A stretch of DNA of 64,000 nt from Anaeramoeba ignava BMAN (lineage: Eukaryota; Protista; Anaeramoebae): contig JAPDFW010000143.1 of assembly GCA_028826165.1 (NCBI GenBank), positions 53,278 to 117,277 on the forward strand, in the 5' to 3' direction. The first letter of the stretch is position 1. Every line of letters starts with the position of its first letter. The notes under the pieces were generated by a model. That model was not told the origin of the DNA. It did not search any database and worked only from the letters and a program-made list of their open reading frames with translations. Positions 1 to 11,868 of this stretch are shown here, in pieces. A program made the translations under genes and the position numbers.

Positions 1-1338
1 ACAACAATTTGATATTCTTTAAAAAAATAATAAATAGCTTCAATAGTTGATAAACAATTTTTGCCAACATTTTGATATCTCCAAAACTTAGTTTCATAGT
101 TTGAAATTTTAACTTTTTTCATTGGAATTATAAATTTACTTGAAAGAATTGAACTTGTTTGATTCCAAGTTGAATCAATAAAAAAAACTTTTTTGATTTG
201 TTTCCAATCAACTTCAGGTATTGATAATGAATCTTCTGATGGAAATAAAACAACTGTTTCATTTGGATTAAAAAATTTTGCATCTTTTTTTTCTTCGTTT
301 TCTAAATCATCTGGAAATTCTAATATTTTTGCTTCTTTGCTTAATATTCTGGCATGAACAGCTGTGCTTTTGCTTTTCTTTTCATTTGGATGATGAATAC
401 TTTTTAATTATTTTGAATTTGAAATTGAAATTGAAATTGATATTGATATTGAAATTGAAATTGAATTTGAATTTGAAATTGAAATTGAATTTGAAATTGA
501 ATTTGAATTTGAAATTGAATTTGAATTTGAAATTGAAATTGAATTTGAAATTGAATTTGAAATTGAAATTTGAAATTGAATTGAAATTGAAATTGAATTT
601 GAAATTGAAATTGAAATTGAAATTGAAATTGAAATTGAAATTGAAATTGAATTTGAAATTGAAATTGAAATTTGAAATTTGAATTTGAAATTGAAATTGA
701 AATTGAAATTGAAATTGAAATTGAAATTGAATTTGAATTTGAAATTGAATTTAAAAATTGAAATTTGAAATTGAAAATTAAAATTGAATTTGAAATTGAA
801 ATTGAAATTGAAATTGAAATTGATTTTGAAATTGAATTTGAAATTGAATTTGAAATTGAAATTGAATTTGAAATTGAAATTGAAATTGATTTTGAAATTG
901 AATTTGATTTTGAAATTGAAATTGAAATTGAAATTGAAATTGATTTTGAATTTGAATTTGAATTTGAAATTGAATTTGAAATTGAAATTGAAATTGAAAT
1001 TGAAATTGAAATTGAAATTGAAATTGAAATTGAAATTGAATTTGAAATTGAAATAAAATTGAAATTGAAATTGAAATTGAATTTGAAATTTGAAATTGAA
1101 TTTGAAATTGAATTTGAATTTGAATTTGAAATTGATTTTGATTTTGAAATTTGAATTGAGAATTATAATTAATCTACATAAAAGTATCTAAAGGAAGTTT
1201 AACATTTGGAATCCCTTCTTTATTTCCAATAATTTCATAACAATAGTAACAAAAAAATTTAAATTTTTTATTACATTTTGGACAAAATCCTCTTTTTGAT
1301 TCTTGTAACGGTTTAAAAGAAGCTAATTTAAATTCCAT
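1..1338 (-). CDS. DTWD1: DTW-domain tRNA-uridine aminocarboxypropyltransferase (DTWD1-like), 3' end beyond the window
   Basis: Exon 1 1338-1178 reads MEFKLASFKPLQESKRGFCPKCNKKFKFFCYYC...IPNVKLPLDTF. After a GT-AG intron (1177-400), exon 2 reads IHHPNEKKSKSTAVHARIL...FIDSTWNQ. The CxxC..CxxC, KSTAxH and DSTW motifs fit DTWD1. Confidence 0.85.
400..1177 (-). repeat. 778-nt intron filled with a (GAAATT/GAATTT)n hexamer microsatellite
   Basis: Seen directly. It explains the spurious KLKL/EIEI ORFs. Confidence 0.9.
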
Positions 1339-1521
1339 TTAAATTTTTATTTTTTAAATTTAAAATTAAAAAAAAAATGAAAAGGAAAAAAATAAAAAAT
1401 TTGTTTTGTTTTTGTTTTGTTTTTTTTGAAATAAAGTCAAAACAACCATTTTTAAATTAAAAAATTATTTTAATTTTTTTTTCATTTTTTTTCTTTTCAT
1501 TTTTTTTTTCTTATTTCAATA

Positions 1522-4500
1522 ATGACAACAGATCCATCTAAATTATTTGATAAAACAGATAAAATAGGAGAAGGAGTTTTAGGTTCTGTTTATAAAGGGT
1601 AAAAAAAATTAAATATAAAATTAATTAAATTAAAAATTATTTATAAAAATTTTCCTTTTATTTTTATTTGTTATTAATTCATTTAGAATTGGAAAAGATG
1701 CAAAAAAACCAATTGCACTTAAAGTTATTAATTTAACTGAAACAGAATCTAAAATTAATGATATTAAACATTTAGGAATTACAATAACAAAACAAGTAAA
1801 TCTTTTTTTAATAAAATTAAATATAAAATTATTTACAAAATTATTTATAAAATTATTTATAAAATTAAATATAAAATTATTTATAAAATTATTTATAAAA
1901 TTATTACAAAATTTAATATAAAATTAAATATTAAATTATTTATAAAATTATTATAAAATTATTACAAAAATTTAATACAAAAATTTAATATAAAATTATT
2001 TATAAAATTTAAATATAAAATTATTTATAAAATTTAAAATAAAATTATTTATAAAATCATTTATAAAATTATATATAAAATTAAATATAAAATTATTTAT
2101 AAAATTATTTATAAAATTATTTATAAAATTATTTATAAAATTATTTATAAAATTATTTATAAAATTATTTATAAAATTATTTTATAAAATTATTTATAAA
2201 ATTATTTATTAAATCATTTATAAAATTATTTATAAAATTATTTATAAAATTATTTATTAAATTATTTATAAAATTAAATATAAAATTATTTATTAAATTA
2301 TTTATAAATGTATTTATAAAATTAAATATAAAATTAAATATAAAATTAAATATAAAATTAAATATAAAATTATTTATAAAATTAAATATAAAATTATTTA
2401 TAAAATTAAATATAAAATTATTTATAAAATTAAATATAAAATTATTTATAAAATTATTTTATAAAATTATTTATAAAATTAATTATAAAATTATTTATAA
2501 AATTTAAATATAAAATTAAATATAAAATTATTTTATAAAATTAAATATAAAATTATTTATAAAATTATTTATTAAATTATTTATAAAATTTAATATAAAA
2601 TTAATTATAAAATTATTTATAAAATTATTTATAAATTTATTTATAAAATTATTACAAAATTAAATATAAAATTATTTATAAAATTATTTATAAAATTAAA
2701 TATAAAATTAATTATAAAAGTATTTATAAAATTAATTATAAAAGTATTTATAAAATTATTTATAAAATTATTTATTAAATTTAAAATAAAATTATTTATA
2801 AAATCATTTATAAAATTATTTATTAAATTATTTATAAAATTAATTATAAAATTATTTATAAAATTATTTATAAAATTATTTATAAAATTATTTATAAAAT
2901 TAATTATAAAATTTAAATATAAAATTAAATATAAAATTATTTATAAAATTAAATATAAAATTATTTATAAAATTATTTATTAAATTATTTATAAAATTTA
3001 ATATAAAATTAATTATAAAATTATTTATAAATGTATTTATAAAATTATTTATAAAATTATTTATAAAATTATTTATAAAATTATTTATTAAATTATTTAT
3101 AAAATTAAATATAAAATAATTTATAAAATTAAATATAAAATTAAATATAAAATTAAATATAAAATTATTTATAAAATTATTTATAAAATTAATTATAAAA
3201 TTATTTATAAAATTATTTATAAAATTATTTATAAAATTATTTACAAAATTATTTATAAAATTTAATATAAAATTATTAATAAAATTAAATATAAAATTAA
3301 ATATAAAATTAATTATAAAATTATATATAAAATTATTTATAAAATTATTTATAAAATTATTTATAAAATTAAATATAAAATTAAATATAAAATTAAATAT
3401 AAAATTATTTATAAAATTATTTATAAACTTATTTATAAAATTAAATATAAAATTATTTATAAAATTATTTATAAAATTATTTATAAAATTAATTATAAAA
3501 TTATATATAAAATTATTTATAAAATTATTTATAAAATTATTTATAAAATTATTTATAAAATTAATTATAAAATTATTTATAAAATTAAATATAAAATTAA
3601 TTATAAAATTAAATATAAAATTATTTATAAAATTATTTATAAAAATTAAATATTAAATTATTTATAAAATTATTTATAAAATTATTTATAAAATTATTTA
3701 TAAAATTATTTATAAATGTATTTATAAAATTAAATATTAAATTATTTATAAAATTATTTATAAAATTATTTATAAAATTATTTATAAAATTAATTATAAA
3801 ATTATTTATAAAATTAATTATAAAATTATTTATTAAATTATTTATAAAATTATTTATAAAATTAATTATTAAATTATTTATAAAATTATTTATAAAATTA
3901 TTAATATAATTAAATATAAAATTATTTATAAAATTTAATATAAAATTATTTATAAAATTTAATATAAAATTATTTATAAAATTAATTATTAAAATTATTT
4001 ATAAAATTAATTATAAAATTAAATATAAAATTATTTATAAAATTATTTATAAAATTATTTATAAAATTATTTATAAAATTATTTATAAAATTTAATATAA
4101 AAATAATTATAAAATTAAATATAAAATTATTTATAAAATTATTTATAAAATTATTTATAAAATTAAATATAAAATTAAATATAAAATTATTTATAAAATT
4201 ATTTATAAAATTATTTATAAAATTATTTATAAAATTATTTATAAAATTATTTATAAAATTATTTATAAAATTATTAATATAATTAAATATAAAATTATTA
4301 CAAAAATTTAATATAAAATTATTTATTAAATTATTTATAAAATTAATTATAAAATTATTTATAAAATTATTTATAAAATTATTTATTAAATTAAATATAA
4401 AATTAAATATAAAAATTATTTATAAAATTATTTATAAAATTATTTATAAAATTATTTATAAAATTAAATATAAAATTATTTATAAAATTATTTATTAAAT

Positions 4501-6798
4501 TAAATATAAAATTATTTATAAAATTAAATATAAAATTATTTATAAAATTATTTATAAAATTATTTATAAAATTATTTATAAAATTAATTATTAAATTAAA
4601 TATTAAATTAAATATAAAAATTAAATATAAAATTATTTATAAAATTTAATATAAAATTATTTATAAATGTAATTATAAAATTAAATATAAAATTATTTAT
4701 AAAATTATTTATAAAATTAATTATAAAATTATTTATAAAATTATTTATAAAATTATTTATTAAATTATTTATAAAATTATTTATAAAATTAAATATAAAA
4801 TTATTTATAAAATTTAAGTCAAAAAACCCAAATTTAATGAAATATTCAGGAACTTATATGAAGGGAAATGAATTATGGTTGGTAATGGATTATTTCGATG
4901 GACGTAAAAATTAAATTTTATTTTTATATTTAAAATTTTAAAATTTAATTTCTCTCTTTTTTTTTTTTGTTGTTTAAATAGATTCTGTTACTGATTTAGT
5001 AATTAAATGAAATTAAATTGAATTTAGATTAAATTAAAAAAAAAAATTTATTAAAATTTATTAGTTAAAACCAGGTCCTTTAGCTGAACAACATATTGCA
5101 GTAATTTTAAAAAATATTATTCAAGGAGTTCGTTATTTACATTCTCATAAACTTGCACATGGAAATATCAAATGTATCAAATTTCTTGTTAATGGAAAAA
5201 AAAAAGGAGAAATTAAAATTTAAATCTTTTTTTTTTTAGGTTCAAATATTCTCGTTTCAAAAACAGAAGTTAGATTAACAGATTATTTGGTTTCAAGCAA
5301 AATTATTCAACTTCGAAGACATTATAAAACTTTTTCAGGAGTTTGAATTTTTTTAAAAAAACAAAAACAAAAACAAAAACAAGACAGTTTGATTTATTTG
5401 AATTTTTTTTTAGAAAGTTTATTGGATGTCACCACAAATGATTGAAAATAATATTTTTAGTGAAAAAGAAGATATTTGGGCAATTGGAATTGCAGCTTTA
5501 GAAATGGCAAAAGGTAAATTTATTCAAAAATATAAAAAATAAAAATAAAAATAATAATTCATTTTCAATTATTTTTAATATATATATATATATCAAAATT
5601 TTAGGAGAACCACCATTTTATAATTTGGATTATGAAAAAGGTTGTAAAGCAATTGTTGAATCACAACCACCAAAATTAACTGGATCATTTAGTACTAAAT
5701 TTGCAGAATTTATTTCTTTATGTTTATCAAAAGATCCAAGAAAAGTTTGAAATGATTTTTAAGTTTAAATTTCTAATTTAAATTTTAAATTTTTGAATTG
5801 ATTTTTTTAGAGACCATCTGCAAAAGACCTTTTAAAACATCAATTTATGAAAAAAGTGAAGAAAACTAGAATTGTTGCAAGTTTGATTGAAAGATATGCT
5901 GTTTGGGAAAATTTACATCGAGATATTCAAAATGAAAATGAAAGTGTGAATGGAAATCAAAAAGATAGTTCACTTGGGTTTGAATTAAAATTAAAATTCA
6001 TTTATAAAATTAAAATTAAAATTAAAATTCTTTTTTTTCAATCATTTTAGTGAAGAATTACTTGATGATTTCAATTTTGTTTCAACAAATGAAACTGATA
6101 AACAAAATACAAATGAAAAAGTAAAAAAAAAAACCAAAAACAAGAAATCAAGTTCAATTTTGATTTTTTATTCTTTTTTATTCTTTTTAGGAATCACCAA
6201 AAGAATCTAAATCAAAAAGTAAACGAGCAATTACTATTGATAAAAAACCAAAGAAAGAAGTACAAAAAAAGAAAAAATCAGAAAGTAGTAGTGAATTTGA
6301 AGAATATGAAAAAACAAAAGGAAAAAAAAATTCAAGAAAAAATGATGCAATGAATGTAAAAAAATTTAAATTGAAAAATTTAAATTAAAATTAAAATTAA
6401 TAAAAAATATTTGATTTAATTTGAAAGGCGGATCAACCTTTTACACAATTAATGATTTCTACACTTTCAAAATTGAAAGAATCACAAAGTGAAAAATCAG
6501 TTTTATCAAATTTAAGTCAAATGCAAACACTTTTTTCTTTTTGTGAAGATAATTCTAAAGGATTTATTAAATGTTTTGCTCAAGAAGTTATAAAGCAAAT
6601 TGAACAGTAAAATTTTTTAATTTTTTAATTTTTTAATTTTTAATTTTAATTTTTTAATTTTATTTTTTATTTAGATCAAATGAAAAGGAAGTACAAGAAA
6701 TTCTTTCAACAAAAGGAAAAGGATCTCCACTTGCAAATGAAACAACAACAGCACAATATGTTTTGGAAAGATGGAAAACAAAATTTGATCAATATTAA
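1522..6798 (+). CDS. STE20/GCKIII (MST3/4, Sid1-like) family protein, probable pseudokinase, multi-exon
   Basis: Spliced translation: MTTDPSKLFDKTDKIGEGVLGSVYKG / IALKVINL / ELWLVMDYFDG / YLHSHKLAHGNIKCSNIL / RLTDYL / YWMSPQMI / DIWAIGIAALEMAKGEPP / RPSAKDLLKHQF, ending TAQYVLERWKTKFDQY*. Confidence 0.8.
1796..4818 (+). repeat. 3023-nt intron filled with a 12-mer satellite (ATAAAATTATTT)n
   Basis: GTAAAA donor at 1796, AAG acceptor at 4818. The kinase frame continues across it in phase 0. Confidence 0.85.
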
Positions 6799-7036
6799 AA
6801 ATATTCTCATTTTTTTTTTAATTGATTTTTTAATTGATTTTTTTTTGAAATTTTTTTTGACTTAATTCAAAAAGAAGGAGAAAAAGTATAAAAAAAACAA
6901 ATTATTTTCACAAGATTAAAAAATTAAAATTAGAAAATTAAATGGAATGAAATTTTAATTAAAATTTTTTTTTTGATTAAAATTTTTGAAAGAAAAATGA
7001 AAGTTTGAAAAAAACTTCATTCAAAAAAAAAAAAAA

Positions 7037-8893
7037 TCATTTACGTTCTCCTAAATTATTTCCTTTAGGATCAAGAAAATTCTCAATAACAGCTTTGACA
7101 ACATTATCCAAAATTGATCTAATTTTCTCAGGATCATCTTTACCAGACATTTCAATATAATACTTGATTTTAGGTTCAGTTCCTGAAGTTCTAAGAGTAA
7201 CAATACAACCATTATCAAGAGTAAAGGTGATCATTTGGGAACTTTTGCTGCAAGGAAGAATAGGAACCAAATCAGGTTTTGAATTGTCATAACAAACAGT
7301 CAAATCTCTTATGAATTTAATAGGAAAATCACCGCAGAATTTAGGATAATTTCCATCATTTCTAATCTTGTTGAAAATCGAGGAGATTGTGACAGGATCG
7401 TAACAGAAAAAATAACTGTTTTCAAAAATAAAATGTCCGTATTTTTGGTGAATTCGGGACAATTTTTCGGTTAAATCCATTCCAAATCCGGCAAGATAAT
7501 TTGCCATTTGGGAAATAAGAACAGCAGCACTAATACCGTCTTTATCTGGTACAATAAGACTTGACATGTAACCGATGCTTTCCTCGAAACCAAATACGCA
7601 ATGAAAACCTTTTTTCTCGAGATCAAAACCTTTATTTGCGATCCACTTAAAACCAGTGAGAGTTTCTTCATATCGAATTCCTTCTGCTTGAGCAAACGCA
7701 GAGAGCATACCGGATGAGACAACTGTTGAGACCATGAGGAGTTTGGAAGGATCGATGTCTTTGTTTGACTTCTTCAGGTTCATGAGAAGCCACCAAGCAA
7801 GAAGAATTCCGACGTCATTTCCATGAAGAAATTTCCACTTTCCATGGGATTTTTCAACAACAGCAATACGATCCGCATCGGGGTCGTTAGCAAGAATGAG
7901 ATCACAACCTGTTCTCTCTGCGGTTTCGATCGCGAGCTTGAGTGACTCTTTCCCTTCTTCAGGATTTGGATACTCGACAGTGGGGAATTCTGGGTCGGGT
8001 TCGACTTGTTCTTTGACAGGCTCGATTTTTTGGATATCACAAGCCTGACAAGCCTTCTTAAACCACCGGTACCCGACACCATGCATTGCTGTGTAGGTGA
8101 TTTTGCGGTCTGTTTGGGGATTGCTTTTGTAGTTTGTTGGAAGTTGCGATTGAAGATATTCATAATATTTATGATCAAATTGATTTTCAATTAAATTGAC
8201 AATTAAGGGGTTTTTTTTGAGATCAATTTGCTCGATTTCCCAGATATCAAGATTGGCTTCTATGCATCTTGAAATACCGACATCATGCGGGGAGATGATC
8301 TGCGCGCCATTATCCCAATAAACCTTATATCCGTTATCGTTTTTTGGATTATGAGAAGCTGTCACCATGACACCAGCGGCTGTCTTAAGTTGAGTTATAG
8401 CAAACGGTACAAAGGGCGTAGGTACGGGTTCGCTATAATAAAACACCTTGATTTTTTGCGATGCGAAAATCCGTGCTGAAATCTCGGCAAAAGTCTGTGA
8501 ATTATTCCGAGCATCGAATCCAATCACAACTCCCAGTTCGCGTATTTTGTCCTTGAATTGCTCTTCTAAATATCTTACCAGTCCTTGCGCTGTTTGTGCT
8601 ACAGTAATCTCGTTCATTTGTGAGTATCCTGCTCCCATCCTTGCTCTGAGCCCGGCTGTCCCGAACGATAGTCGTTGTCCAAATATTTTCTTTAATCCTT
8701 TTGTGTCATTTTTTGATACTAATTCTTTAACTTCTTTTTTTGTTTCTTCGTTTTTATCAATTTTTAGCCATTTTTCTGCTTCTCTATATATTGATGTTTT
8801 GTATTTGTAGATTGCTATACCGCTTGCTATTGCTACTACTGCTCCTGCAACTGTTTTTTTGTTATTTTTGATGTAATTGAAAATGGATTGCAT
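7037..8893 (-). CDS. PGM2: Phosphoglucomutase-2/phosphopentomutase, intronless, with an N-terminal hydrophobic helix
   Basis: Motifs FGTAGLR, TASHNP (phosphoserine), DPDADR (metal), FEESIG and LRTSGTEPKIKYY. Confidence 0.93.
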   Translation of the reverse strand: MQSIFNYIKNNKKTVAGAVVAIASGIAIYKYKTSIYREAEKWLKIDKNEETKKEVKELVSKNDTKGLKKIFGQRLSFGTAGLRARMGAGYSQMNEITVAQTAQGLVRYLEEQFKDKIRELGVVIGFDARNNSQTFAEISARIFASQKIKVFYYSEPVPTPFVPFAITQLKTAAGVMVTASHNPKNDNGYKVYWDNGAQIISPHDVGISRCIEANLDIWEIEQIDLKKNPLIVNLIENQFDHKYYEYLQSQLPTNYKSNPQTDRKITYTAMHGVGYRWFKKACQACDIQKIEPVKEQVEPDPEFPTVEYPNPEEGKESLKLAIETAERTGCDLILANDPDADRIAVVEKSHGKWKFLHGNDVGILLAWWLLMNLKKSNKDIDPSKLLMVSTVVSSGMLSAFAQAEGIRYEETLTGFKWIANKGFDLEKKGFHCVFGFEESIGYMSSLIVPDKDGISAAVLISQMANYLAGFGMDLTEKLSRIHQKYGHFIFENSYFFCYDPVTISSIFNKIRNDGNYPKFCGDFPIKFIRDLTVCYDNSKPDLVPILPCSKSSQMITFTLDNGCIVTLRTSGTEPKIKYYIEMSGKDDPEKIRSILDNVVKAVIENFLDPKGNNLGERK

Positions 8894-9333
8894 TTTTTTT
8901 TTTCTTTTTTGAAAAATGAAAAAAAATTAAAAAAAAAAATAAATAAAAATCAAAATTCCACAAAAATTTTTCAAAAAGAAAAAAATTAACGAATTAAAAA
9001 AAAATAGCAAATAAGATTAAAATTAAAAAAAAAATAAGATTAAGATTAAAAATAAAAATAAAATTAAAAATAAAATTAAAATTAAAATTAAAATAATAAA
9101 ATTAAAATAAGATTAAAAAAAAGTGGAATAAAAATTTTCAATAAATTTTTCAAAAATAAAATCAAACTTAAATAAGATTAAAATTAAAAATAAAATAAAA
9201 AAATAAAAAAAATAAGATTACAAAAAGAACAAAAAGAAATTTTTCAAAAAAATCAAAAAATAAAAAATAAAAATAAAAAAAAAAAAATAAAAGAAAAAAA
9301 AAATAAAAGAAAAATAAAAGAAAAGAAAAGAAA

Positions 9334-11702
9334 TCAATTATTAGCAACATATTCAACAGCATTAGCAATCAATCGAGCACCATCAGAAGAACTAAGCCAA
9401 CAAGTAGGATTAACCTTATTAGAAACTGGCCAAATATTAAGAACAACAACAATACCGAAACCTTCCTTCATTCTTTTCTCAGAAACCAAGTGATTTCCGT
9501 TATCCCATTTAGCAATTAATTTAGCATTAGGATCCAAATCAGAACTTATATGGGCTGAATTTTTTCCACCATCAAAAGATCTAACACCTTGAATAATTGG
9601 ATGATCTTGATCAACAATATCCCCCAATTTATGTCTTTCGCCGGAAACATTAACTCCACGTGTTACTGGGAAAAATGATTCTTCAGCTATTCTGCCTTGT
9701 AAAATATAGTGCTTTACATCCTCAATTAGCACTGAACTTCCTACTACTAATCCTTTTCCTGATTCAACATATTCTGCTAAGTTGTTCCCTATTTGGATTG
9801 GATCTTGATACCCGTCAAAATATGAATATGTGAAGATTCCATCAAATTGCATTAGTTTTTCTATTGTGGGTGTTTCGTTGCATACAAATAATATTTCAAC
9901 ATCTTTGATTCCTGTTGATTCAATTGATTTCTTTACATCATTACTCCAATTAATATTATCGTTTGCAACTAAAAGAGCGATTTTCAACTTTTTTTTATAT
10001 AAATCAAATCAAATTAAATCAAATTAAATTAAATTAAAATAAAATATTATTAAATATTATTAAATTAAATATTATTAAATTAAATATTATTAAATATTAT
10101 TAAATTAAATATTTATAAATTAAATATTTATAAATTAAATATTATTAAATATTATTAAATATTATTAAATATTTATAAATTATATAATTATAAATTAAAT
10201 ATTTATAAATTAAATATTTATAAATTAAATATTTATAAATTAAATATTTATAAATTAAATATTATTAAATTAAATATTAATAAATTAAATATTATTAAAT
10301 ATTTATAAATTAAATAATTTTGAATTAAATATTTTAAATTAAAAATATTAAATTAAATATTTATAAATTAAATATTATTGAATTAAATATTTATTAAATT
10401 AAATATTAAATTAAATATTAAATATTTATAAATTAAATATTTTGGATTAAATATTATTAAATTAAATATTAATAAATTAAATATTATTAAATTAAATATT
10501 AATAAATATTATTAAATTAAATATTATTAAATTAAATATTATTGAATTAAATATTATTAAATTAAATATTTATAAATTAAATATTTTTAAATTAAATATT
10601 ATTAAATTAAATATTTATTAAATTAAATATTTTTGGATTAAATATTTATAAATCAAATTGAATTAAATATTATTAAATTAAATATTATTAAATATTATTA
10701 AATTAAATATTATTAAATTAAATATTTTTGGATTAAATATTATTAAATTAAATATTTTTAAATTAAATATTTTTGGATTAAATATTTATAAATTAAATAA
10801 TTATAAATTAAATAATTTATATATTTATATACTTCCTCAATCCGCTTCTTGATCTTCCTCCGCTTAACAGGCCCACCAAGTCTACTAGCAAACTCAATAT
10901 GAACCTGCTTTTTTGAAACATTAAACAAAATATCAACAATTCTTTCCAACGGATAAAGTTGGCTTTGCTGAACAACTTCCAAACACTTTGGAGACATAAC
11001 ATCAAGCCTAATTAAAGGAAGTAAATTTTTCAAACAATTCCTTAAATTCATCTGGTTCTCCTCAAAGTTATTTTTCTGACAAATCCATTTTCCCCATTCA
11101 ACAAGTGAATTAAACACTTTAATTTCAGCTGCACTTAAAAATTTCATATTTAAAACCTCTGTGACGGTTTCTTCAGTTAATCCAACAAAACAATCCCTTT
11201 TCTCGAAAATCTTCTCTCCATTTTTCTGAATAAAATCATAAAGATGATGCTTTGTTGATTCAGCATATTGAGGAAATTCTTGAAACAGTTTTTTGTTATT
11301 AAGAATATGCAAACAATTTTCTCTCAATAAATTAGACTGAATAAAATCAAAACAAATCACAACCAAATCATTCATTTCAAATTCCTTCGCAAATTTCAAA
11401 ACATCCATAATAAAATTCCAATTTAAATGTGGTTTTCTTGTGTAAGAAAATTCCAAAACAACCTTCACTGTTGCAGGTTCATAATTGGGTATTTCCATTT
11501 CAACAACAGGCACATCTTTTTTCTCCTTCCATTTTTCTGGGAAGAGTAATTTGTGCCAAATTCGACTTGATGTCGCTAATATTGTTTTATGTCCATATAT
11601 TTTTTCTTTATTTTTTCCAACTGAAAAAACAACGTCAGAAATTTCTGAATTATTGAATAATTTTTGTAAAACTTGGTCAATTGTTTCTGTATTTTTTATC
11701 AT
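9334..11702 (-). CDS. BTB-BACK protein with a C-terminal class-I GATase/ThuA-like domain (2 exons: 11702-10833 and 9987-9334)
   Basis: BTB motif SDVVFSVG...IYGHKTILATSS and BACK motif EIKVFNSLVEWG. A GTATAT donor after KRIEE and an AAG acceptor before LKIALL join the two ORF-track ORFs in phase 0. Confidence 0.8.
9988..10832 (-). repeat. 845-nt intron filled with an AT satellite (ATTAAATATT-type)
   Basis: Seen directly between the two exons. Confidence 0.85.
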
Positions 11703-11868
11703 ATTTCTATTCTGAAAAATTTATTATTATTAAAAAATTAAAAAATTAAAAAATGAAAAAATGAAAAAATGAAAAAATGAAAAAATGAAAAAAAAATTTT
11801 AATTAAATTTTCCTCAATTTATTTTTTAATTAAAAAAAAAGAAAATTAAAATTAAAATTCGATTCAAT

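Noticed and set aside
278-1154. ORFs of KLKL/EIEI type, and similar ones at 14055, 20881, 31122-32317, 37431, 38025-38651, 41720, 43773 and 49832
   Set aside because: These are stop-free frames of microsatellites in introns, intergenic DNA or antisense to real genes.
5174-5239. Possible U12-type intron (GTATC donor)
   Set aside because: The donor is GTATCAAA rather than GTATCCTT and no TCCTTAAC branch site is visible. Donors here are generally degenerate.
7471-8810. Overlapping and antisense ORFs within PGM2
   Set aside because: They are by-products of higher GC content and show no recognisable motifs.
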